A DNA stretch of 64,000 nucleotides from Nitrosopumilaceae archaeon (GTDB lineage: Archaea; Thermoproteota; Nitrososphaeria; Nitrososphaerales; Nitrosopumilaceae), in contig CBDCCK010000002.1 in NCBI GenBank assembly GCA_965214835.1, forward strand, positions 224,001-288,000. Reading direction: 5' to 3'. The notes below the pieces were generated by a model that searched no databases, was not told the origin of the DNA, and saw nothing but the letters and a program-made list of their open reading frames with translations. Position numbers and translations under genes: made by a program. Shown here one piece after another: positions 9,786 to 20,158 of this stretch. How positions within the stretch are numbered: the stretch's first letter is position 1; each line of letters begins with the position of its first letter.

Positions 9786-11827
9786 AGTGCGACGACTGCG
9801 ACGAATGCAGATACGAAGACGATTGCGACCGTGTTTAGCAGCTTGATTACGGTGTTCAATGCGGGTCCTGCAGTATCCTTGTATGGGTCGCCGATAATGT
9901 CACCTACGACTGCAACCTTGTGCTCCTCGGAGCCCTTCTTGCCCTTCATCTCCACGAGCTTCTTTGCATTGTCCCACGCGCCGCCGGTGTTTGCCAGGTG
10001 GTAGGCCAGGAAGATTCCGGTCACTACCGAGCCCATCAGCAGTCCTGCAACCGCGGTCGGCCCGAGCAGGACGCCCAGGATAATCGGGGAAACGATTGCA
10101 ATGATTGCCGACTTCCACAGCTCCTTGATCGATGCGACGGTTGCAATGTCGACGCATTTTGCATAGTCTGGCTTTGATTTTCCGGTCAGGATTTCGGGAT
10201 CCGCCTTGAACTGCCTGCGCACCTCGTCGACCATCTTGCCTGCCGCGCGTGACACGCCGTTGATCAGCTGCCCCGTAATGATAAACGGAATCAGGCCCCC
10301 GACTAGCAGCCCGACGATTACTGCGGGATTGGTCAGGCTGTAGTCTAGATCCAGCAGCCCCTCAAATACGTGTGCTGCCTCAAACTGAAAGGCCTGGATC
10401 ATTGCTAGGGCGGCCAGGGCGGCGCTGGCAATAGCAAACCCCTTGGTGACTGCCTTGGTCGTGTTTCCCACGGCGTCAATCTCATCGGTTACCTTGCGGT
10501 TCTCCTCCCCCATCCCGGTCATCTCGACAATTCCCCCCGCGTTGTCTGCAATGGGTCCGAACGCGTCAATGCTCAACACGATTCCTGCAAGGCTCAGCAT
10601 TGCCATTGCAGTCAGGGATGTTCCAAATATCCCGTACAGTACCGGGTCTGCGCCCTCCGGGGCCGCAGATGCTGAGATGCTAAACGACACTATGATTGCG
10701 ACCACGAGGGCAATCATGAACGGCCCCGTTGACTGCAGTCCCTTGATGATTCCCATCAGGGTAAGCGATGCATAGCCCCACTTTGCAGACTCGGCAATCT
10801 CGTTGACCGGGCCATACTTGTAGTTCGTATACCTGTCGGTGATCTTTTGGATTATCGGTACCAGCGCCACGCCGATAACCGTGGCGCCAAACAGCGCATA
10901 AGCCGAGGTGCCGTCCCCCACAAACTGCTGCGTAAAGAAATAGTTCAGGCCGATGGCAATCCCCGCGGAGACGTAAAACGAGCGGTTAAGCGGACTCATC
11001 ACGTCCGTGACGCCCTTGGAACCCACAATAACGACGCCGATAATTGATGCAATCATTCCAGATGCCCCGATCAGGATCGGATAGAGGAACAGCTCGGGTG
11101 CGCCAATCAGCGCTGCAATCAGCAGGGCGGCCAGTATCGTGACAATGTAGGACTCGTATACGTCAGAGCCCATGCCTGCCGCATCGCCTACGTTGTCACC
11201 CACATTGTCTGCAATGGTTGCGGGGTTTCGCGGGTCGTCTTCGGGAATGTTGGCCTCTACCTTTCCCACCAGGTCTGCGCCCATGTCTGCGGCCTTTGTG
11301 AAGATTCCGCCGCCGATTCTGATAAACAGGGCAATCAGGCTTGCGCCGATTCCAACGCCTGCTATTGTGATCGGATCCGGATAGACGAGATACAGGCCGG
11401 TAATTGCCAGCAGCGCCATGGCGGGGACTGCAAGGCCGACCGTTGCTCCGCCCCGAAAGGCCATGGCAAACGTCCTTCCCAGCCCGGAGCTGCTGAGGTT
11501 GGCGGCCCTTACTGCTGCCTTGACCGTTATCTTGAGTGATATCAGTCCTGCCACTGCAGACAGTGTGGCGCCGACTGCAAACGCAATTCCGTTTGATGGC
11601 TGCAAGAATGCGCCGATAATGACTGACAGCCCGACGGCCACTGGAACGATAATCTTCATCTCCCTCCTCAGAAACGCAGACGCGCCAACCTTGACGGCGT
11701 TTGAGATTTCAAGCATCTCTTTTGTGCCCGGGTCTTGCCTGGCAATCCATGCCACCAGGACTGCGGCAATGACGAAGGAAGCAATACCTGCGCCTATCGG
11801 AAGCGCCTCAGCAAGACCGAACTCCAT
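9782..11827 (-). CDS. hppA: Membrane-bound pyrophosphatase, probably K+-independent H+-PPase
   Basis: GGGIFTKAADMGADLVGKVEANIPEDDPRNPATIADNVGDNVGD; GNTTKA (Lys form); GDPYKDTAGP. Confidence 0.95.
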   Translation of the reverse strand: MEFGLAEALPIGAGIASFVIAAVLVAWIARQDPGTKEMLEISNAVKVGASAFLRREMKIIVPVAVGLSVIIGAFLQPSNGIAFAVGATLSAVAGLISLKITVKAAVRAANLSSSGLGRTFAMAFRGGATVGLAVPAMALLAITGLYLVYPDPITIAGVGIGASLIALFIRIGGGIFTKAADMGADLVGKVEANIPEDDPRNPATIADNVGDNVGDAAGMGSDVYESYIVTILAALLIAALIGAPELFLYPILIGASGMIASIIGVVIVGSKGVTDVMSPLNRSFYVSAGIAIGLNYFFTQQFVGDGTSAYALFGATVIGVALVPIIQKITDRYTNYKYGPVNEIAESAKWGYASLTLMGIIKGLQSTGPFMIALVVAIIVSFSISASAAPEGADPVLYGIFGTSLTAMAMLSLAGIVLSIDAFGPIADNAGGIVEMTGMGEENRKVTDEIDAVGNTTKAVTKGFAIASAALAALAMIQAFQFEAAHVFEGLLDLDYSLTNPAVIVGLLVGGLIPFIITGQLINGVSRAAGKMVDEVRRQFKADPEILTGKSKPDYAKCVDIATVASIKELWKSAIIAIVSPIILGVLLGPTAVAGLLMGSVVTGIFLAYHLANTGGAWDNAKKLVEMKGKKGSEEHKVAVVGDIIGDPYKDTAGPALNTVIKLLNTVAIVFVSAFVAVVAL

Positions 11828-11860
11828 TTCTACAGCTTGCCTTGTGCTGTGAAATATAAA

Positions 11861-12244
11861 TCATTGATGGTTTGGAACAGATGGACCCCGCTTTTTGTAG
11901 GGTGCAAATGTTTTCCCCCCCAGTCCCTGTCTGACCAGCCTGTTGAATCTTCTGCCGTGGGCAAGGTATGGAAACCGCATGTGTACAAGCTCGTGAACTA
12001 TGGTATTTTCAAGGGTCTTCTCGTCGGGGATTTTTCGGACGTTGATGAAGACCAGGTTATGCTGCAGGTAAGAGACCCCGTAGTACTTGTATGCAGACGT
12101 ACGCCTGCCTTCGGTCAGCTCCTTTGGGGCGTCAAGCACCTCCTTGGTGGTCAGCAGCACTTGGGGCTCTGAAATCGAGAAGCGGCCAGAGTAGACCCCT
12201 ATTTTTTCAAGGATTTGCAGGCGGAGATCCGGGTCTAATTTCAC
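11861..12244 (-). CDS. Small HExxH zinc metallopeptidase-like protein
   Basis: TIVHELVHMRFPYLAHGRRF. Confidence 0.75.
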   Translation of the reverse strand: MKLDPDLRLQILEKIGVYSGRFSISEPQVLLTTKEVLDAPKELTEGRRTSAYKYYGVSYLQHNLVFINVRKIPDEKTLENTIVHELVHMRFPYLAHGRRFNRLVRQGLGGKTFAPYKKRGPSVPNHQ

Positions 12245-12310
12245 AATACTGTGTATGTGGATTAGTGTATATCCTCACATGTCAAAACATGCTTTGGATT
12301 TGGTTGAATC

Positions 12311-12435
12311 TGGGTTGTCGCACGGCTCATCAGAATTCCCGAAAACCGTGAGATGCTATCCGAACCAGGCGCGCAGGAGGGGCAAAATGCAGAAAAACGT
12401 GCAGAGCCAGACAGGCGGAATTACGCGACAGTTCC
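12311..12435. mobile_element. MITE family H copy
   Basis: GGGTTGTCGC...GCGACAGTTCC ends; TSD GGTTGAATC/GGTTGAATA; body matches reverse of 26601-26734. Confidence 0.8.
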
Positions 12436-12476
12436 GGTTGAATAGGGGGTCAGAGTTTTAGCGGTGTAATCACAAA

Positions 12477-13001
12477 TCATACAGCCACCGTCTCATCATT
12501 CCCTTGATTCATTGAATCAAGTAGTGTTTGTGTCTTGCGCCTTACCGCCTCATCAACGCGCACGACGACTATGCCCTCGCCGGGCTGTCCGTACAGCACG
12601 ACGGAGCTTTTTGGGGCGTGAATGCATGCGGGAATCACAAGCAGATCCTCCTCTCCCCGAACGGTCAGCCTGACGGGGGCTTTTGACAGAAGCGCCTCCC
12701 TGATTCTAGAGATGCTCTCCTCGGTGATTTCGGCGGGGGGATTGACGCAGGCAACCTCGACGGTTCCAGAAGGCAGGGCAGGTGGATCCCTTGAGAGCCT
12801 CTTTTCCTGGTTGTCGACAATTTGCAGGCTGGGCACTATGCCAAACCCGATTAGCTTTTCAGTCGTCCTGTCGCCCACGGTGATGACATGCGATGCGCCT
12901 ACAATGTATGCAGAAATGGCTGCAGCATCTGCCTGATCATCTGGCACCAGTACGCCTAGCGGGATCTTTAGCTCGTCACGCAGGGCCCGGGGTAGCTTCA
13001 A
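12477..13001 (-). CDS. GTP-dependent dephospho-CoA kinase (DUF359)
   Basis: LKIPLG, VGDRTT, NPPAEI, GEEDLL, YGQPGEG; TTG start overlaps Mrp stop. Confidence 0.9.
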   Translation of the reverse strand: MKLPRALRDELKIPLGVLVPDDQADAAAISAYIVGASHVITVGDRTTEKLIGFGIVPSLQIVDNQEKRLSRDPPALPSGTVEVACVNPPAEITEESISRIREALLSKAPVRLTVRGEEDLLVIPACIHAPKSSVVLYGQPGEGIVVVRVDEAVRRKTQTLLDSMNQGNDETVAV

Positions 13002-14143
13002 GGGATACCTGTCTGGCCGCTGGGGGCATCTTTGTTTTCTGGTGGCTGCTCGGGGCCTTGGTCGGATCCCTCCTCTACAGCCACCTCCTCTTGCAGTTTT
13101 GCGGCAATGATGCTGCACTGTGCCGCGATGTTTTTGGCAGCAGTCCTAAATGCCTCGGCACTGGGAGAATCAGAGGCGGTAATCATGATGGGCCTTCCCA
13201 GGTCAGAGCCTGACATGATTCCGGAGTTTAGTGGGATCTCGCCCAAGAATGGGATGTTGAATCGCTCGCTGATCTTCTTGGCGCCGCCATCGCCGAAGAC
13301 GTAATGCCGCTCGTCACACTTGGGGCAGATGAAATGACTCATGTTCTCCACCACACCAATGATTGGCACGTTTAGCTTTTCAAACATTCCAATTGCCTTT
13401 GTGGCAACATTGCTTGCGACATCCTGCGGGGTGGTGACCACAAGGATGCCGGTAATTGGAATCGTCTGTGCCAGTGTCAGCGGAATGTCCCCGGTGCCGG
13501 GGGGCAGGTCAACAATAAGATAGTCCAGGTCAGACCAGTTCGTATCCACCAGGAACTGTTTTAAAATACCGGAAATGATCGGGCCCCGGTAGATTGCCGC
13601 CTGATGCTGCTGTTCGGCAAAGAATCCAAATGAAACTACCTTCAGCCCGTTTGACTCGGCGGGCTGCAGCTTGTTGTTGTCAACCTCCATGTACCCGTCC
13701 TTCATGCCAAGCATCAACGGAATGCTGGGCCCATAGATGTCGGCATCAAGCAGCCCGACCTTGGCCCCGGTTTGAGACAGCGCAAGTGCAAGATTCAGCG
13801 ATACGGTGGATTTTCCCACCCCGCCTTTTCCGCTTGCAACACCGATGATGTTTTTTACAGTTGCCATTCCGGTGTCTTCATCCAGCGAGCGGCCTTCCAT
13901 GACTTTGGCAGTCACGTTAAGGTCAAAGCTGTTGACTCCGTCCAGCTCCTCTATTGCCTTTCTTACATCATCCTCGATTTCCACGTTGAACGGGCATGCA
14001 GGAGTGGTCAGCTCTAGAGTAAACTTCAAGTTGCCCTCTGACAGCTCTAGATCCTTGATCATTCCCATCGAAACGATGTCTTTTTTCAAATCAGGATCAA
14101 TGACTGTACTGAGCTTCTCCAAGACCTGATCAATGCCGACCAT
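12998..14143 (-). CDS. Mrp/NBP35 (ApbC) Fe-S cluster carrier ATPase
   Basis: LTTPACP N-domain, SGKGGVGKS, DADIYGPS, DLPPGTGD, CPKC. Confidence 0.94.
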   Translation of the reverse strand: MVGIDQVLEKLSTVIDPDLKKDIVSMGMIKDLELSEGNLKFTLELTTPACPFNVEIEDDVRKAIEELDGVNSFDLNVTAKVMEGRSLDEDTGMATVKNIIGVASGKGGVGKSTVSLNLALALSQTGAKVGLLDADIYGPSIPLMLGMKDGYMEVDNNKLQPAESNGLKVVSFGFFAEQQHQAAIYRGPIISGILKQFLVDTNWSDLDYLIVDLPPGTGDIPLTLAQTIPITGILVVTTPQDVASNVATKAIGMFEKLNVPIIGVVENMSHFICPKCDERHYVFGDGGAKKISERFNIPFLGEIPLNSGIMSGSDLGRPIMITASDSPSAEAFRTAAKNIAAQCSIIAAKLQEEVAVEEGSDQGPEQPPENKDAPSGQTGIP

Positions 14144-14593
14144 CAACCAAAAAACTGCGCGAACATTATTTATAGCTAGTTTGAAATAGTTTGGCCTAAC
14201 CCTGCCAGCTCATATGCAGGGCGTGCCAGATCTAAATGAATGCCCGGTAGGGGAGAAAACCAGGCAGTCACGCCGCCGAGGACAAAAGGCAGGTGCCAGG
14301 CAGATCCGATGGCCGCAGCTGCACTAGCTGGGACGGCAGACAGACTGTACGCACGCATCGATATGGGGGATTTCAAGAAAAGCCGGGAGCTCCAAGATAT
14401 CCATGCAACATGCCAGAGCACAGGGAGGAGATGCCAACATGCGGGGTGAAGGCAGGCCCTTCTGCCAGAGGCCAGCTCTGCTCGCCAGCTGCCGGGATCC
14501 GGGAATCGAGTGAAGTGTCGGCGGGCCGCCGCCCGATAGCGCTGCAGTGCCTTGCTGGAAAAGATATAACAAAGGCACTCTGACAGTCTTAAC

Positions 14594-16168
14594 GTGAAAA
14601 AACAGACCAAGGGCATCATTTTCACAGTGATTTTTGGCGGCGGGCTGCTGTTTTGGGCAACTGCCGCAAGCATGCCTAACTTGATGCCGGGCGTGGATGA
14701 TGCTGAGTTTACCAGTACGGGAACCCCCGCCGACAACTTCCCCGACAGCCAGCGCGCCCAGTTCTGCGGCAAGGGAGCCGCAAAGTCAAATGCGTATATC
14801 AGCGAGTTTTCCATCCCTACCGAATGTACCCAGCCGCTGGCAATAACCGCTGACTTTAACGGAAACATATGGTTCATGCAGACTAATACCGGCAAGGTTG
14901 CCAAGTTCGACCCCGTTTTGCAGGACTTTACAGAGTACGAGAACCCCGCATGGCCCAGTGGTGCGCGCTCAATGGTGTGGGGCATGGACTATTCTGCAGA
15001 CAACTCCATCTGGTACTCAGACGAGGCCCATGACTCCATATGGCGGTTTTCAATCGATGACGGGCAGTATCAACGATTTGACTTTCCCTCCGAGGGCAAC
15101 TCCCTGCCCCAGAGGCTGGTAGTTGACGGCTCTCAGGTCATAATCAACGACTTTACCGGAAACAAGCTGACAGTAATGGATGCAGGCAGCCACGTTCAGG
15201 AGGTTCCCCCCGTCAGCGTCCCCTCCCCCCACGCGCAGTCATTCACCACCGGGTTTGGCATAGACTCGGGCTCGAACATCTGGTATACGAACTGGGCCCC
15301 CGGCGGCAGTGGCGTCCTGGTAAGGTTTGACTATGACCAGTACTCCGCCGACCTGCCCAACGCCCCCGATGCCGGACTGGAGCTGAACAACTATCGCGAG
15401 GCCTTTTTGCTGCCGCAGGCGACCAGCGTAATCAACGGCGTCGTCGTCGATGGCTCTGACACGGTGTGGCTGGCAGATACGGATACCTCGAACTTTTACA
15501 GCTTTGATCCCCTGACAGAATCGTTTACACAGTATGTGACATCCCCGGTTACCGAAGCCGCGTTTGGAAACCATACCGGCCTGATAAAGTCCACCCCCCT
15601 TTCAAGACCGTACTGGGCCGGACTAGACGAGCAGGGACGGATCATCTTCAACGAGCAGGCTGCCAACCGCATGGGGCTCTTTGATCCTGGCGCGCAGAAG
15701 CTTACAGAATATACAGTTCCCTCCATGAATCCCAGCTGGGCTGACTGCGGCACGGTCGAGGAGTGCGGCATTGCCCAGGTCTTTGATTTTACGACAGTCG
15801 GCGACAAGATCTGGTTCACAGAGTGGGCCGCCAACAACATCGGCGTGCTGGACACTTCTCTTGCGCCCGAGATTGACGTTGAGGTATCAGACGATCAGAT
15901 ATACTACAACCAGGACTCGTCGGTATCCATCTCGGTGACTGCCAGCTCCGACTCGGAGATCACCCCGGTCTCCAACAGCGCATTGGAGGGACTGGTCACC
16001 TTGGTTCCCGACTCTTCCCGAATCAGCCTGCCAGGCGGCTCCGCGGGCGAGGTTTCGTTTGAGATTTCAGTATCCGAGGAGCTCCCCGCAGGCCAGTACA
16101 AGATCCTCGTGGGCGCCCAGGCACCGGACGTTGCAGTGTCCCGATTCTTTACACTGATTATTGGCTGA
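14594..16168 (+). CDS. Exported virginiamycin B lyase (Vgb)-like beta-propeller protein
   Basis: Signal/anchor peptide; repeated IWF/IWY...FDP...FTEY blades; C-terminal beta-rich domain. Confidence 0.8.
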   Translation: MKKQTKGIIFTVIFGGGLLFWATAASMPNLMPGVDDAEFTSTGTPADNFPDSQRAQFCGKGAAKSNAYISEFSIPTECTQPLAITADFNGNIWFMQTNTGKVAKFDPVLQDFTEYENPAWPSGARSMVWGMDYSADNSIWYSDEAHDSIWRFSIDDGQYQRFDFPSEGNSLPQRLVVDGSQVIINDFTGNKLTVMDAGSHVQEVPPVSVPSPHAQSFTTGFGIDSGSNIWYTNWAPGGSGVLVRFDYDQYSADLPNAPDAGLELNNYREAFLLPQATSVINGVVVDGSDTVWLADTDTSNFYSFDPLTESFTQYVTSPVTEAAFGNHTGLIKSTPLSRPYWAGLDEQGRIIFNEQAANRMGLFDPGAQKLTEYTVPSMNPSWADCGTVEECGIAQVFDFTTVGDKIWFTEWAANNIGVLDTSLAPEIDVEVSDDQIYYNQDSSVSISVTASSDSEITPVSNSALEGLVTLVPDSSRISLPGGSAGEVSFEISVSEELPAGQYKILVGAQAPDVAVSRFFTLIIG

Positions 16169-16177
16169 TCATCCCCA

Positions 16178-17377
16178 ATGGCAGTACCCGAGATTGACTC
16201 GACTGTGGGCCTCCTGTGCTATTCCACGAAATTCCCCGGAACCGGCGGCAGAATCAGGGAATCCTGCGGGGACTTTCAGGTAACTGAGATCCTGTCTCCT
16301 AGAGCAGAGTCCTTGATTCAGGAGGCGGGGGGCTATCCCGTCTACTCCCTTAAAAAATCCAGGATCGATACAAACCACGCCCTGTCCGGCCTGTACAAGA
16401 AGACCGGGCTCCGGCTGCGCTCGCTGGGACTCAAGGACGCCGATGCGGTAACGACACAGTATGTCTACTCTAATGCAAAAGCAGCAGGCCTGGAAAAATT
16501 TGAGGCCGGCAGGTACTCCCTTCAAAGGCTCGGATATACGAAAAGGCCCCTGTCAAAAAAGTACATGCTGGGAAACCGATTCAGGATCAAGGTTTCGGGC
16601 AACCCCTCCGGTCTTGATTCCTTTGACGAGCACCGGCACATCCTTAACTTTTACGGCTATCAGAGATTCGGCTCCTCCCGTCCGGTGACCCACAGGATAG
16701 GAAGGTCGCTGGTTCGGAGGCAGTACTCTGATGCCGTTAACTATATTCTGTCCTATACCTCAAAGTATGACACTGACGAGAACACCAGGATCAGAAAGGA
16801 GATGGGGGATCCTTCAAAATTCAGGGAGATTTACGGGCAGATACCTCCCCGGATGGACCTTGAACGCAGGGTCATTGCCGAGTTGATGAAGCACGGGGAC
16901 GCATTCAAGGCCATCAGGTCGCTTCCTGTCGAGATGCGGCGGTTCTATATCCAGGCATACCAGTCATACCTTTTCAACCTTGCAGTCAGTCGCGCATTCG
17001 ATCATGGCGAGGAGCTCTTCGAGCCGCAGGACGGCGATGTGTGCTACGACGGCAACGGGATCCTAGGCAAGCGCGTAGATGGCCTGGATCAGAGCCTTGC
17101 AATACCGACTGTAGGCTATTCTTACTACAAAAAAACGAGATTTCACTTTCACATATCAAAGGTTTTAGAGTGCGAGGACGTCATGCCAAAGGACTTTTAC
17201 ATGAAGGAGATGCAGGAGGCAAGCAACGGGGGCGGCTTTCGAAACGCCTCTGTCAGGGTAGATGACTTTTCCACGGACGGCAGCTGGGCGTCATTTTCGC
17301 TGTCCCGCGGCTCCTTTGCCACGATTGTAATGCGTGAAATAATAAAACCTGCCGAGCCCCTGCAGTCCGGATTCTAA
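16178..17377 (+). CDS. truD: tRNA pseudouridine(13) synthase TruD
   Basis: DFQVTE, GLKDADAVTTQ, GNRFRI, NFYGYQRFG, AYQSYLFN, LSRGSFAT. Confidence 0.94.
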   Translation: MAVPEIDSTVGLLCYSTKFPGTGGRIRESCGDFQVTEILSPRAESLIQEAGGYPVYSLKKSRIDTNHALSGLYKKTGLRLRSLGLKDADAVTTQYVYSNAKAAGLEKFEAGRYSLQRLGYTKRPLSKKYMLGNRFRIKVSGNPSGLDSFDEHRHILNFYGYQRFGSSRPVTHRIGRSLVRRQYSDAVNYILSYTSKYDTDENTRIRKEMGDPSKFREIYGQIPPRMDLERRVIAELMKHGDAFKAIRSLPVEMRRFYIQAYQSYLFNLAVSRAFDHGEELFEPQDGDVCYDGNGILGKRVDGLDQSLAIPTVGYSYYKKTRFHFHISKVLECEDVMPKDFYMKEMQEASNGGGFRNASVRVDDFSTDGSWASFSLSRGSFATIVMREIIKPAEPLQSGF

Positions 17378-17457
17378 GGCGGTCATGGCTCACTCCCGAT
17401 GCCACCGGCGGCACCGCTCATCATGAGGGATTCTGCCTGTGTTTTTACGGCGGCCCC

Positions 17458-17568
17458 GTAACAGGTCGGGCTCTGGAAGTTCAGGCACAAATTTTGCCAC
17501 CAAAAAGGGCCGCTCAAACAGAATTCATGCCTAAAATCAGGAGCAGCTTCCAGAGCCTGACCTGTTAC
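17458..17568. mobile_element. MITE family A copy (111 bp)
   Basis: 22-bp TIR GTAACAGGTC(G/A)GGCTCTGGAAG; perfect 8-bp TSD GCGGCCCC. Confidence 0.92.
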
Positions 17569-17681
17569 GCGGCCCCCTTGACGAAGGACTCTACCGAGCG
17601 GCGCCATGACTTTCATGTGGCATACCGGCAGCTCCGATTTAGTGTGCACAGCTGAAAACCAACCATTTTTTATCGAAATAT

Positions 17682-17736
17682 GCACGGTGTGTCAAAATTA
17701 TGGTCCGTTTTTTGATGTGGGCTGCCCTGACTAGGC
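17682..17736 (+). repeat. Dispersed repeat family F, copy 2
   Basis: Matches reverse complement of 1616-1673. Confidence 0.6.
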
Positions 17737-17842
17737 GGACATGACACAGCAGAGACTCAGGATAGTGGGGGCCTGCCCTCCGCATGTGAGCTCCTGCGAT
17801 TGGAAAAGGCACCCGGCATGTCCACGCCCCACGGCTGCCTTG

Positions 17843-18052
17843 TCACCTGTTGGATCTAACCCAAATCACGATCCCCGCTACGGTAATTGACGCCCCGACT
17901 GCTGCTATTTGAATCCCATAGCCCACCCATTCCGGATTCGAGTACATAAAAGACGACTCTGGGCCCACTATTGAGAGTCCCTGCAGGTAAAAGACGACCC
18001 CAAAAAGCAGTACCAGTACTCCTCCAATGGTCATGTGCCTGCCTGTCCTCAT
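17843..18052 (-). CDS. Small two-TM membrane protein
   Basis: QGLSIVGPESSFMYSNPEW loop between two hydrophobic helices. Confidence 0.75.
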   Translation of the reverse strand: MRTGRHMTIGGVLVLLFGVVFYLQGLSIVGPESSFMYSNPEWVGYGIQIAAVGASITVAGIVIWVRSNR

Positions 18053-18083
18053 CGACTAGTCATGGGCCCTTGCTGTCTAAAAA

Positions 18084-18194
18084 GTGGCAGGTCGGGCTCT
18101 GGAAGCTGTTCCTGATTTCAGGCATGAATCTGCCCGGGAGAGACCTCCGGGGTGGCAAAATTCACGCCTGAGCTTCCAGAGCCCGATCTGTTAC
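18084..18194. mobile_element. MITE family A copy (111 bp)
   Basis: TIRs as family A; TSD TCTAAAAA/GCTAAAAA. Confidence 0.88.
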
Positions 18195-18277
18195 GCTAAA
18201 AAGGTAAACAGAATTGGATCAATTACACAAATGATTTTTTAATCTTTTCTTTAATCGTTATTTTTTGAGCCCAGATA

Positions 18278-18967
18278 GTGTACAACTGGGAATACGACGT
18301 ATCTGACTCGCGCCGCCCTGCGCACCTCAACCTAGTGCTGTTTGCAGTATCTGCCACGATGGCCGTCGTCTTGTTCCTGATATTTCACCCGCAGATTGAA
18401 AGAATCAACCAAGAGTCCCCGATTCTGATCAACGTCATGTTTGCGCCCGCCATGGCGATAGGATTCCTCTACGGTATGCGGATTACCGAGCGTGCAGTGA
18501 GGCCATCTGAGACCCGCAGTCCGGTCAAGCGCTCGGTCGTAAAGATCTTCCTGTTCTTTTTTGTAATCGGAGGGCTGTTTAGCTCCGTAAACTTTGCATT
18601 AAACGGCGGAAGCGTGATGCCCGATATAGCCATCCTGGAGGACGGGCTGCTGCCGTGGATTTCTGACTTTGTAGCTGCAAACGGAGGCGCTACGTTTCTG
18701 ATAATCTCCAGCATAGCGCTGATGGCAGCTGCGACAAAGCGCATCGTCGGAATGGATTCAGGGGCCCTAAACGCAGTCGTAACCTCTGTGAGCACCTTTG
18801 TCTTCTTTTCCATGCTTGCGCTGAGCTTTACAAAGTCCGATCCTACAAGCGCCGGCGTGTTCCTGTATACCTTCTACCATGCCGGAATCATCGGCGGGGC
18901 GTTCTTTGCAATGAACAGGCTGACAAGAAACCTAAACTCCTGGGAGGACTTTTCCAATGGATACTAG
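18278..18967 (+). CDS. Multi-pass membrane protein, unknown function
   Basis: 229-aa ORF with about 6 hydrophobic segments. Confidence 0.75.
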   Translation: MYNWEYDVSDSRRPAHLNLVLFAVSATMAVVLFLIFHPQIERINQESPILINVMFAPAMAIGFLYGMRITERAVRPSETRSPVKRSVVKIFLFFFVIGGLFSSVNFALNGGSVMPDIAILEDGLLPWISDFVAANGGATFLIISSIALMAAATKRIVGMDSGALNAVVTSVSTFVFFSMLALSFTKSDPTSAGVFLYTFYHAGIIGGAFFAMNRLTRNLNSWEDFSNGY

Positions 18968-19215
18968 CCTTGATCGGTAAATACCCCCGATGCCGGCGTG
19001 TTAATCCTGCTGAGGTATTTTGAGCACATTGCCCCCTCAAAGTTCATCTCCCTGCACTGCTCAAACTCCGCGGTCTTTGCCCTCTGGTAATTGTCTGCAT
19101 ACAGCACGTCGTCCCCAATAAAGAGTGCAAGCAGCCCTATGGCGGCCAGTCCGCCTGCAACGGCAACCATGGACCATCCCACGGCCCTGTAGTTGTGAGG
19201 ATCCCTGTCTGCCAT
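18964..19215 (-). CDS. Small membrane-anchored hypothetical protein
   Basis: One TM helix, then a Cys pair. Confidence 0.7.
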   Translation of the reverse strand: MADRDPHNYRAVGWSMVAVAGGLAAIGLLALFIGDDVLYADNYQRAKTAEFEQCREMNFEGAMCSKYLSRINTPASGVFTDQG

Positions 19216-19314
19216 TTAGCGACTCTTCAGACATGTTGCATTTATTCCTTTCAAATACCGGCGGCGATCACCGTGGGCTTGGAAAAATGTAAAGCCTAGA
19301 GCTTTGAACATACT

Positions 19315-20043
19315 GTGTTGGCAATCCAGATTCTTCACTATGAGTTCATGGGCCCGATACGCCTCGATGAGTGGGGCCCCCCGATGGAGGAGGTCGTCTA
19401 CGCTCTGCTGGCAAGAAGCAAGGACAGGTTCTCGCTGATCTTCGTTGATCAGTGTACAAAGTCTGAGGATGTCGGATTCTTTACAAAGAATCCCAGGTTC
19501 AAGTGCTGGATGGATCAGGCAGGTGGCGAGGGCAACCTCTATGTTGCAATACATCCCATGTTTGGCTCATCTGTTCCCGACAGGAGGTTTGCCGTGGGAA
19601 AGATAGTCTCAAAGTACTCCCCGCACTGTAACATGGTACCCGCACCCGAGCAGACGGGGGAGGAGAGCTGGGTGGCCCCGTCCGAAAACAAAGTGCCTGC
19701 GCGGCCGTCTCCTGAGCAGGACGACTCCACAAAACCGCTAGGATTTGTAGACCCCGAAAAAGAGCCCAAGCATTACGTCAGGCGGTATCTGGAGGAGGAG
19801 TCCTACAGGGATTGGTTCCACAAGAACTATCCGGGCCGTACCATATATCAGGGCCTTGGCATCTCCGAGGACGAGTATCACAGAATTGTAAACGAGCTTG
19901 GCGCCCCCGACTGCCCGCAGCCGCCCGGGGACTCTGTAAGGTGTGCCTGCTGCGGCTCTGACATGCGTCTGGAGCGCAAGCTGCAGCAGAGCAGTCTGTA
20001 CAGGTGTGACAGCTGTGGCATCAGTGAGACGAGGCTAGGGTGA
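19315..20043 (+). CDS. Hypothetical protein with C-terminal Zn ribbon
   Basis: 242-aa ORF; CACCG...CDSCG at C-terminus. Confidence 0.75.
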   Translation: MLAIQILHYEFMGPIRLDEWGPPMEEVVYALLARSKDRFSLIFVDQCTKSEDVGFFTKNPRFKCWMDQAGGEGNLYVAIHPMFGSSVPDRRFAVGKIVSKYSPHCNMVPAPEQTGEESWVAPSENKVPARPSPEQDDSTKPLGFVDPEKEPKHYVRRYLEEESYRDWFHKNYPGRTIYQGLGISEDEYHRIVNELGAPDCPQPPGDSVRCACCGSDMRLERKLQQSSLYRCDSCGISETRLG

Positions 20044-20047
20044 GTTG

Positions 20048-20158
20048 GTAACAGGTCGGGTTCTGGAAGTTCAGGCACAAATTTTGCCACCAAAAAGGGC
20101 CGCTCAGACAGAATTCATGCCTAAAATCAGGAGCAGCTTCCAGAGCCTGACCTGTTAC
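20048..20158. mobile_element. MITE family A copy (111 bp), near-identical to 17458-17568
   Basis: Perfect 8-bp TSD GTGAGTTG; two differences from the 17458 copy by eye. Confidence 0.93.

Noticed and set aside
14176-14985. 269-aa minus-strand ORF
   Set aside because: Antisense to the Vgb-like gene with no recognisable motifs
17383-17685. ORFs sharing VTGQALEAAPDFRHEFCLSGPF (also 20021-20209)
   Set aside because: The shared peptide is the translated family A MITE, not a protein family
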